34,516 bases of DNA, taken from positions 9,735 to 44,250 of the forward strand of contig JAYODI010000047.1 in NCBI GenBank assembly GCA_038279365.1. The letters are read 5' to 3'. Below the pieces are notes generated by a model, which did not search any database, was not told the DNA's origin, and saw only the letters and a program-made list of their open reading frames with translations. Shown piece by piece: positions 27,472 through 34,516 of this stretch (positions are counted from its first letter, which is position 1; every line of letters starts with the position of its first letter). Source of the DNA: Candidatus Latescibacterota bacterium. GTDB taxonomy: Bacteria > Latescibacterota > UBA2968. The translations under genes were made by a program, and so were the position numbers.

Positions 27472-27507
27472 AAAAAAGCGCGACAAGAAACCTTGTCGCG
27501 CTTTTTT
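27472..27507 (+). terminator. Intrinsic terminator
   Basis: AAAAAAGCGCGACAAG / CTTGTCGCGCTTTTTT perfect inverted repeat. Confidence 0.85.
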
Positions 27508-27670
27508 ATGATATATTAAAAATTGGAACAGTTGTTGCTCAGATATGTTATCCATCAAATTAAACACGACAAATAAATATATTTTGTTGTATTTTATCAC
27601 ACCCGTGAACCACAGGCACACATACGGTTCTATTTACAAATCAACCATTCATAACTGAAATCAAAGGCTT

Positions 27671-28468
27671 ATGAACTTGATACTTAAAGTTTTCTGCGCA
27701 CTCATTATGTGCCCAATCTCACTTTTTGCACAAGACCAAATTCCTGTCGACCTGGACACCCACTGGTTACGGCGCGACTGGGACAAATGCCGAGAAAATG
27801 TCACAGCTACTTATCAAAATAAAACCTTCACCATTCAAAGTGATCATGCCGCCGCACTCTTTTGGCAAATTCCTACCCAAAGTGGACAGGCACTTGAAAT
27901 CGACCACAGTCAAAGTTGGGTTCAAAAATGTGAGCGCCCGCCTATGGGATTTGAAAAGGACATCCAAAAAGGCAATCGCGATCGTTTGATCTCCGTTAAA
28001 GACTACCCCTACATCTCTTGGCAATGGCGCGTATCCAACACCATTGACGACAAAGACACCGCCAATAAAAAAGGTGAAATCAAAAAAGACGGCGATGATT
28101 TTGCGGCTAAGGTAGGTGTCTCTATTCTAAACCACAAAGAAGAATTGCGTGAAATTGCCTATCTTTGGACCCGCAGTATCCCCGAAGAAACGACACTCAC
28201 ACAGGTCACTTCTATTTTGTTTGGGATGGTCAAATTCGAATGGTATCGTATCGTGGCCCAAAGTGGTGACCAACACCTAAACACGTGGGTCAATGAACAA
28301 CGAAACCTCTACGAAGACTTTAAACGGTTTTATCCCAATGAAGAACCTCTTGAAATTGTGCGCGTTTATCTCATGTCTGACTCAGACAACACTGGCAGCA
28401 CCACATCAAGTGCATTTGCCAACCTCCTCTTTCACAAAAACCCACCAGCAGGTTATGTCGCCGAGTAA
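27671..28468 (+). CDS. Secreted DUF3047 domain protein
   Basis: PYISWQWRV, KDGDDFAAKV, YLW, WVNEQRNLYEDFKRFY, MSDSDNT. Confidence 0.8.
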   Translation: MNLILKVFCALIMCPISLFAQDQIPVDLDTHWLRRDWDKCRENVTATYQNKTFTIQSDHAAALFWQIPTQSGQALEIDHSQSWVQKCERPPMGFEKDIQKGNRDRLISVKDYPYISWQWRVSNTIDDKDTANKKGEIKKDGDDFAAKVGVSILNHKEELREIAYLWTRSIPEETTLTQVTSILFGMVKFEWYRIVAQSGDQHLNTWVNEQRNLYEDFKRFYPNEEPLEIVRVYLMSDSDNTGSTTSSAFANLLFHKNPPAGYVAE

Positions 28469-28617
28469 CCTTACTTTTTATTGTGCCCAAAACCCAAAGT
28501 CCCCACACATCCCCTATTTGTGTATCACTTTACAACCCACGCTCAAAAATCATTTGTATACCTCTACAATACGGCATTACATTGTCTTCTCATCGAAAAA
28601 TAACAGAGGAGACACAC

Positions 28618-29418
28618 TTGAAAATAGCCGTCTTGGGTGATACACATTTAATTGCCGACAATGATCCCTACAAAAACCTGCATATTCGCCGAGATTTTTT
28701 CAAATCTGCCTGGCCTTCTTTTCACGATTTGCTCAATAAAATAAATGATGAATCGCCCGACCTCATTATTCATTTAGGTGATTTGGTCGATTGGTTCAGC
28801 CCCGAAAATATCGCATTTGGCCTCGACTTACTGTCACACCTTCACGCCCAGTGGTATATCACCCCGGGTAATCATGACATTGCAGCCCCCATCAATGGGT
28901 TTGATCAGACCGATTACAAAACAGAAGCCACACGCGATTATGCAGCCTATTGGAAACACCTGCGCATAGACATGATGGACCGTGTGCTCGAAATTGAAGG
29001 GTGCAATCTTATCCTATTAGACAGCGCACTAAGTAACCTCACCGACGGTTCAGAGCGTTGGTTAAGCGAACTGCTCAACTCCGAAAACGCCAACTTTCTC
29101 TTTACCCACGTCCCACCCGATTTACCCGAAACACGCGAATACATCCTCTCTGTAGATCCCCGTCGCAGTATGGCCAAATATGTACTCAGTGGTGCACCAA
29201 ATCTATATGCCCACCTTCAAAACCGTGTTTCTCACGTGTTTTCAGGTCACTTACATTTTTCAGGTGATCTCTTTTGTGACATCACACGGTTTCACATGTG
29301 CAACATGAGCATTTCAATGCACGACCCCAATCGCAATCAAAATGCCACAGCCAGTGCCACAATCATCGAACGCAAATTCAATGCCTTCTCCTTTCGCCAA
29401 ATCACTGCCGAAAAATAA
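28618..29418 (+). CDS. Calcineurin-like metallophosphoesterase
   Basis: GDTH, HLGDLVD, PGNHD, FTHVP, SGHLH; TTG start at 28618 behind GAGGAG. Confidence 0.88.
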   Translation: MKIAVLGDTHLIADNDPYKNLHIRRDFFKSAWPSFHDLLNKINDESPDLIIHLGDLVDWFSPENIAFGLDLLSHLHAQWYITPGNHDIAAPINGFDQTDYKTEATRDYAAYWKHLRIDMMDRVLEIEGCNLILLDSALSNLTDGSERWLSELLNSENANFLFTHVPPDLPETREYILSVDPRRSMAKYVLSGAPNLYAHLQNRVSHVFSGHLHFSGDLFCDITRFHMCNMSISMHDPNRNQNATASATIIERKFNAFSFRQITAEK

Positions 29419-29433
29419 GTTAGAAAGCCCACC

Positions 29434-30147
29434 GTGAATATCATCTTATTTGACAACCCATCCGAAACACAAACCCTTCCCAAAATCGACCTACGCGTAC
29501 AGCATATTTTAAAGGTGCTCAAGTGCCAAGTAGGCGACTCATTTCATGCAGGCATCATCAACGGCCCATCTGGTCTAGGCACCCTCACCGCCATCAACAA
29601 CAAAGAGCTCACACTCCATTTTTCGTGGACGGAAGCACAACAACCCGTAGACGACATCCAAGTGATCATTGGTCTACCCCGCCCACAAACTGCGCGTAAA
29701 ATACTCAATACACTCTCTACTCTTGGCGTCTCAACCCTCCACTTTGTACAAACCGACAAAAGTGATCGCAATTATACCAACAGCAAACTCTGGTCAACAG
29801 ACGAGTGGACTCGCCACCTTATTGATGGCGCCCAACAAGCCTTTACCACAAACATCCCAACCGTTCATTGGGACTCATCGCTTTACAAAACCATCAAAAA
29901 TCTCGACTCAACCTGCACCAAAATTGCCCTCGACAACTACGAAGGCCAAATGGCCCTCAGCCAAACCCCCACCACCTTGCCCCTCGTGATGGCCATTGGC
30001 CCCGAACAAGGTTGGGCAGATCGCGACAGAGAACTGCTCAACAGACACGGGTTTCAATTGGCACATTTGGGTCAAAGAGTTTTGCGCGTCGAAACCGCGT
30101 GCATATCAGCATTATCCATCATCAAATCAAAATTGGGGCAAATGTAA
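29434..30147 (+). CDS. rsmE: 16S rRNA (uracil-1498-N3)-methyltransferase
   Basis: HILKVLK, GAQQA, IGPEQGW, LGQRVLRVETA. Confidence 0.9.
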   Translation: MNIILFDNPSETQTLPKIDLRVQHILKVLKCQVGDSFHAGIINGPSGLGTLTAINNKELTLHFSWTEAQQPVDDIQVIIGLPRPQTARKILNTLSTLGVSTLHFVQTDKSDRNYTNSKLWSTDEWTRHLIDGAQQAFTTNIPTVHWDSSLYKTIKNLDSTCTKIALDNYEGQMALSQTPTTLPLVMAIGPEQGWADRDRELLNRHGFQLAHLGQRVLRVETACISALSIIKSKLGQM

Positions 30148-30171
30148 AACATCATTTAGGGAGATCGCGCA

Positions 30172-32652
30172 ATGATAAAAAAAATAACGGATCGTCTTTT
30201 AACCACACTGCTCCTGCTTCTTTTAACGACACAATATACCAATGCCCAAACCACACCCGGCTCACAAGGTTATCTGCTTTCAAATGGGTGGATGATCACC
30301 CCCACGGGTAAACAGATTGAAACAGACGACATGCCAATGTCGATTATTACTGAGCCTCAAGGGATTTTTGCCTTTGTCTTAACAGCAGGTTGGAACGACC
30401 ACGGCGTTACCGTCATCGACATTGGACACAATAAAAAAATTCAGCACATATCACTCAAAACCACGTGGCAAGGATTGGCCTTTGATGCCAACAAAAACCA
30501 GCTTTACGCATCGGGTGGCACCCGTCCTATTATTGAAAGAATCGCCTATGACGCATCTAAAGAAACGACACCATTGTCCCTCCTTGAACCCATTGCATTA
30601 GACACGGCCCAAGTTAAAAAGCCCTATTTAACCGGCCTTGCACTCAATAAGACGGGCGACAAACTTTATGTAGGTGACGCACACAACCAAACCATTTGGG
30701 TTGTCGATCCCATAAAAGGTGTGCAACTATCTGCCATTGCTTTAGACGGTGTGCCGTATCAACCCATCTTATCACCCAACGAAAAAACACTCTACGTCAG
30801 TCTCTGGGACCAAGGGCAAGTCGCCGTCATTGACCTGGCCACAGGCAAAACAAAACAAACCATCAAAACCGGCAATCACCCCAATGATCTCGTCATTAGC
30901 AACGACAACCGATTGTTTGTGGCCAATGCCAATGACAATTCACTATCCATCATCGACCTCAAAACCCTGCGTGTGCGCGAAACCATTGTGACCACCCTAT
31001 ATCCCAAATCACCGCAAGGCAGCACCCCCAATGCCCTTGCACTTTCCCCTGATGGCAACACACTTTTGGTGGCCAATGCAGACAACAACAACCTCGCCTG
31101 GGTCGATATCACCGAACCCGGTGCCAGTGAAATCAGAGGCTTCATGCCTACGGGCTGGTATCCGTCGTCGGTCACATTTTCACCCGATGGATCGCGCATT
31201 GTTGTGGGCAATGCCAAAGGCGGTGGCAGTGCGCCAAACCCACGCGGTTTACAACCCAACAAACCACTCTATGGGTGGACACCACGCAGTGAATTTGTCG
31301 GCAAAGTGCTCACCGGCACCGTCTCTCTGATCTATACACCACAAGAAACCGAATTGGCCAAACTTACTCGGCAAGTGTATCGCAACACACCCTATGCCGA
31401 TCATCTCTTAGAACGCACCAAGCTCACATCTCCCGTTCCCGATATTGTGCCCGATTCAATAGGCGTGCCTTCACAAAAAATTGAATACGTCCTCTACATC
31501 ATCAAAGAGAACCGCACCTACGACCAAGTCTTAGGCGATATGCCCGAAGGCAATGGAGACACCAGCTTGGTGCTCTTTGGCGAAAAAATCACCCCCAACC
31601 ACCACGCCCTTGCCAGAGACTTTGTGCTGCTCGACAATTTTTACGTCGATGCCGAAGTCAGTGCAGATGGCCACTCATGGTCAACCGCCGCTTATGCCAC
31701 CGACTACACAGAAAAAACGTGGCCAGCGTGGTATTCACGCAGAGGTACCATGAACGACCCAGAGGAAAAACTCTACACACCCAACAGTGGTTTTATTTGG
31801 GATATGTGTAAAGAAGCAGGCATCAGCTACCGCAGTTACGGCGAAATGATCACTGTAAAAGACGGCAAAATTGAAGGACGCTTTCCAGGTCTCGTGGGCC
31901 ACGTGCACCCCACCTACAAACGCGCCAGAGGCAAAGACTACACCGATATCGAACGCGCCAAAGATTGGATTGCCGAATTCACCCAGTTTGAAAAAGAAGG
32001 CCGTGTTCCCCGCTTCCAAATGCTCTCCCTACCCGACGACCATACTTCAGGTACACAAACAGGCGCATTCACCCCCTTTGTGCAAATGGCGCGAAACGAT
32101 CAAGGCTTGGCCATGATTGTAGAAGCCGCTTCCAAAAGTTCGCTGTGGTCCAAAATGGCCATTTTTGTGGTCGAAGACGACGCCCAAAATGGCCCCGACC
32201 ACGTAGACGCCCACCGCACCATTGCCTATGTGATCAGCCCGTGGTCACGCCTTAAAAAAACCGACAGCACCTTTTACACCACATCCAGTATGTTGCGCAC
32301 CATAGAACTCATTTTGGGCCTGCCCCCCATGAGCCAATACGACGCGGCGGCCACACCGATGTTCTCGTGTTTCACAGGCTCATTTTCAACCACGCCCTAT
32401 AAGACCTTACCCGCAAACATCGACCTCACCACGGTCAACACACCCGACGCTTATGGGGCCGCCATTTCCAATTCTTTGCAGTTGGCCGACGTAGACGAAA
32501 TACCCGACTTGCTCTTTAGCGAAATCATTTGGAAAGCCATCAAAGGCGCCAACTCCGAAATGCCCGCACCTGTTCGCAGAGCGCGTCTTGTGCCACTTTC
32601 GTCTATTGCATTTGATCCAAATAACGAATCAGAAAAACACGGAGCACAATAA
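30172..32652 (+). CDS. Secreted YncE/YVTN beta-propeller plus phosphoesterase (alkaline-phosphatase superfamily) protein
   Basis: Repeats TGNHP...LFVANANDNSLSIID, TGWYP; IIKENRTYDQVLGD, VSADGHSW, EDDAQNGPDHVDAHR. Confidence 0.88.
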   Translation: MIKKITDRLLTTLLLLLLTTQYTNAQTTPGSQGYLLSNGWMITPTGKQIETDDMPMSIITEPQGIFAFVLTAGWNDHGVTVIDIGHNKKIQHISLKTTWQGLAFDANKNQLYASGGTRPIIERIAYDASKETTPLSLLEPIALDTAQVKKPYLTGLALNKTGDKLYVGDAHNQTIWVVDPIKGVQLSAIALDGVPYQPILSPNEKTLYVSLWDQGQVAVIDLATGKTKQTIKTGNHPNDLVISNDNRLFVANANDNSLSIIDLKTLRVRETIVTTLYPKSPQGSTPNALALSPDGNTLLVANADNNNLAWVDITEPGASEIRGFMPTGWYPSSVTFSPDGSRIVVGNAKGGGSAPNPRGLQPNKPLYGWTPRSEFVGKVLTGTVSLIYTPQETELAKLTRQVYRNTPYADHLLERTKLTSPVPDIVPDSIGVPSQKIEYVLYIIKENRTYDQVLGDMPEGNGDTSLVLFGEKITPNHHALARDFVLLDNFYVDAEVSADGHSWSTAAYATDYTEKTWPAWYSRRGTMNDPEEKLYTPNSGFIWDMCKEAGISYRSYGEMITVKDGKIEGRFPGLVGHVHPTYKRARGKDYTDIERAKDWIAEFTQFEKEGRVPRFQMLSLPDDHTSGTQTGAFTPFVQMARNDQGLAMIVEAASKSSLWSKMAIFVVEDDAQNGPDHVDAHRTIAYVISPWSRLKKTDSTFYTTSSMLRTIELILGLPPMSQYDAAATPMFSCFTGSFSTTPYKTLPANIDLTTVNTPDAYGAAISNSLQLADVDEIPDLLFSEIIWKAIKGANSEMPAPVRRARLVPLSSIAFDPNNESEKHGAQ

Positions 32653-32749
32653 TCCACAGTCATGCCCACGAAACGAACAACACAAACCATTCGTATCAAA
32701 AAAAGGCACTGATCTTTTATTTTGAAAATGAAATTGATATTGGAAAGAC

Positions 32750-33114
32750 TTAAAGGAGAGGAAGTTGTCGCCTGCGAATCTGTCCTTCGGTCACACTGAT
32801 CACAGCACCTTCTGTTAAATCGGCTTGGTGCTGACTCAGTATCGCCAGAACGTTTGATTCACATTTTGTGGTTTCATATTCCGAAGCCGAAATATGATCA
32901 CACTTGGAAGCAGAGCTTGCGTGGCCGCAAGTATATCTGCAAAATCCAAATCGTGCGTTAAAATAATTCGCGATTCTTGGCGTGCTTTTTCAAAGATATC
33001 AACATCAGGTAACCGGCCTAATTGTTGATCGAGAAGATGTATCGCATCATAACCTTCCGCGGTAAGAAAAACCACAGTCGCGGGGGAAATACCCATATCG
33101 GCAAGAAATTTCAT
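32750..33114 (-). pseudogene. DUF5615 PIN-like toxin, frameshifted near 32852-32856
   Basis: MKFLADMGIS...ILTHDLDF...PSVIIFR stops at 92 aa; the expected tail VLAILSQHQADLTEGAVISVTEGQIRRRQLPLL* continues in another frame to 32750. Confidence 0.75.
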
Positions 33115-33344
33115 TATGAAACCGGTTCAAGCTGATGCACAGTTTCTTCCGCCAAAAAGGAAGCATATTGAAGCACTTCTTTAATGTCATCAACTTCGAG
33201 ATACGGATACGCTTCAACAATTTCCTCCGTTGTCATCCCATTGGCAACCAAGTTGAGCACCAAAGAAACCGTCACACGCAAGCCACGAATACACGCCCGC
33301 CCGCCCATAACGTTTGGATTAAATGTAATACGCTCAAACTTCAT
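33114..33344 (-). CDS. DUF433 domain putative antitoxin
   Basis: RITFNPNVMGGRACIRGLRVTV...EIVEAYPYL; TAATG coupling to the PIN gene; start at ATG 33344. Confidence 0.9.
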   Translation of the reverse strand: MKFERITFNPNVMGGRACIRGLRVTVSLVLNLVANGMTTEEIVEAYPYLEVDDIKEVLQYASFLAEETVHQLEPVS

Positions 33345-33638
33345 ATCGCACCCCATTTTTAAAAACGTGTGTATTAACAATATGCAAAGCCCTGACCTAA
33401 ACAATATCGTCAACCTTTTCTCATTTTGCAATCGCGTGTTATCCAAACATTTAAATGCTCACAGAAAACATATTTACTAAAAATCCAACTGATAAAAAAA
33501 CAAATATTTAGAATGCATTATATTCAAAATCACAACCTTATTCAAAATAAAGAACTTGCCCGTATATCTTGTATCATTCACATTGAAACATTCAATTCCG
33601 TTGTACTCCAAATGCATCAAATATCTCAAAGGCAAATC

Positions 33639-34010
33639 ATGAAAAAAACATTCGCCCTCACACACCCCAAAATCAAAACAGACAGGCTCATCGAAGCCGC
33701 CAGAGCCGATATTAAAAAATATCTCAAAAGAGAGCGCAGCAAAGAACTTCCTGAAGGCGTTGACTTTTGGGATTTTGACTGTAAGTTCGGCCCAACAATC
33801 ACCGAGTCAAAAAAGATCCATGTTGCAGAAATTGGCCTACACATAGACAGCATTGAAGAACAAGCTTTAGAAGCGTTCTATATCGAAATATTGGCCAAAC
33901 CAGGCCACAGAACAAAAAAACCAACCCCGTTACCCACCCCCGAAAGCTTCACATCTACGCTTTATCGAAAGCAATCAACATCCTTAAATAACGATGGAGC
34001 TTCTTCTTAA
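33639..34010 (+). CDS. DUF6172-like conserved hypothetical protein
   Basis: MKKTF...KYLKRER..LPEGVDFWDFDCKFG...FYIEILAKPG; start at ATG 33639. Confidence 0.7.
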   Translation: MKKTFALTHPKIKTDRLIEAARADIKKYLKRERSKELPEGVDFWDFDCKFGPTITESKKIHVAEIGLHIDSIEEQALEAFYIEILAKPGHRTKKPTPLPTPESFTSTLYRKQSTSLNNDGASS

Positions 34011-34127
34011 CATGGAAGCCGAATTGATCCATGGAAAATCACAGGGCAAGCAGTCATTGTTCTCTAAGGCCAGTTGAAAATGAATTGCTCCCAATACTCA
34101 GAATAAATATTTCACAGGATTACATAT

Positions 34128-34482
34128 ATGACACCCAAAACCGTCGTTGTTACAGGAGGGACCGGTCTGGTAGGCAGTTGCTTGTGTGCGCGTTTGTTGT
34201 CTCTCGGCCACAAAGTGATCTCACTCGACAATTATTTCACAGGATCCCCCCAAGCCCATATCGCTGGTGTAGACTACCGCGAAGGCCATACCAAAAACAT
34301 CGAAAAGCACATCACCGAATCACCCAACTTGCTTTATCACTTGGGCGAATATCATAGAAATGCGCCCCGAAGCCAAAGGCAATCGAATGGGCGCAAAATT
34401 AGACGTCACCAAGTCACAAGCGTTAGGGTGGCGTGCTGAAAAATTGTTGGAAGATTATATTCGCGACGTAACAAAAGCATAA
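34128..34482 (+). pseudogene. NAD-dependent epimerase/dehydratase with large internal deletion and frameshift
   Basis: [24 protein letters not shown], then a jump at ~34351 to an out-of-frame C-terminus [12 protein letters not shown]...[17 protein letters not shown]. Confidence 0.8.
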
Positions 34483-34516
34483 TCAATAAGTAATTTACAG
34501 GAAGCCTTGAACAAGG

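Noticed and set aside
2172-32699. Numerous 60-270 aa alternative-frame and antisense ORFs (e.g. 23365-24165, 2489-3040)
   Set aside because: They lie within well-supported genes, show no family motifs and look like codon-bias shadows
34031-34357. 108-aa ORF overlapping the epimerase remnant
   Set aside because: Off-frame shadow; the Rossmann motif is in the frame starting at 34128

Overview
Bacterial chromosomal window, probably from a diderm organism. The TonB receptor and paired 'DFDGDGxVxFxDFLxFAxAFG' tail suggest a Latescibacterota-like lineage (inference). From left to right: (1) an 8-bp tandem repeat, a sigma70 promoter and a complete Phe (UUC) T-box riboswitch upstream of an archaeal/spirochete-type pheS-pheT pair, which runs directly into two Gfo/Idh/MocA oxidoreductases and a CE7 acetyl esterase; then a ceramidase-like gene. 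(2) A minus-strand block: hybrid kinase, Hpt protein, enolase-superfamily dehydratase, TonB-dependent receptor, a sigma54-preceded kinase/receiver/FapA(DUF342)-like operon, an odd REC-partial PAS-CheB fusion, an NCS2 permease and an M28 peptidase. (3) A UVR-motif protein, then an unannotated Val-rich leader peptide and attenuator followed by a perfect-consensus internal promoter ahead of a plant-like ilvB. (4) An ECF sigma/anti-sigma/two Spy-CpxP-like envelope-stress module, DUF3047, a metallophosphoesterase, rsmE and a beta-propeller phosphoesterase. (5) A terminal islet with a DUF433/DUF5615 pair (toxin frameshifted), a DUF6172-like gene and an internally deleted NAD-epimerase. All family calls are from motif recognition, not database searches. 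No CRISPR, rRNA, tRNA or transposase was seen.
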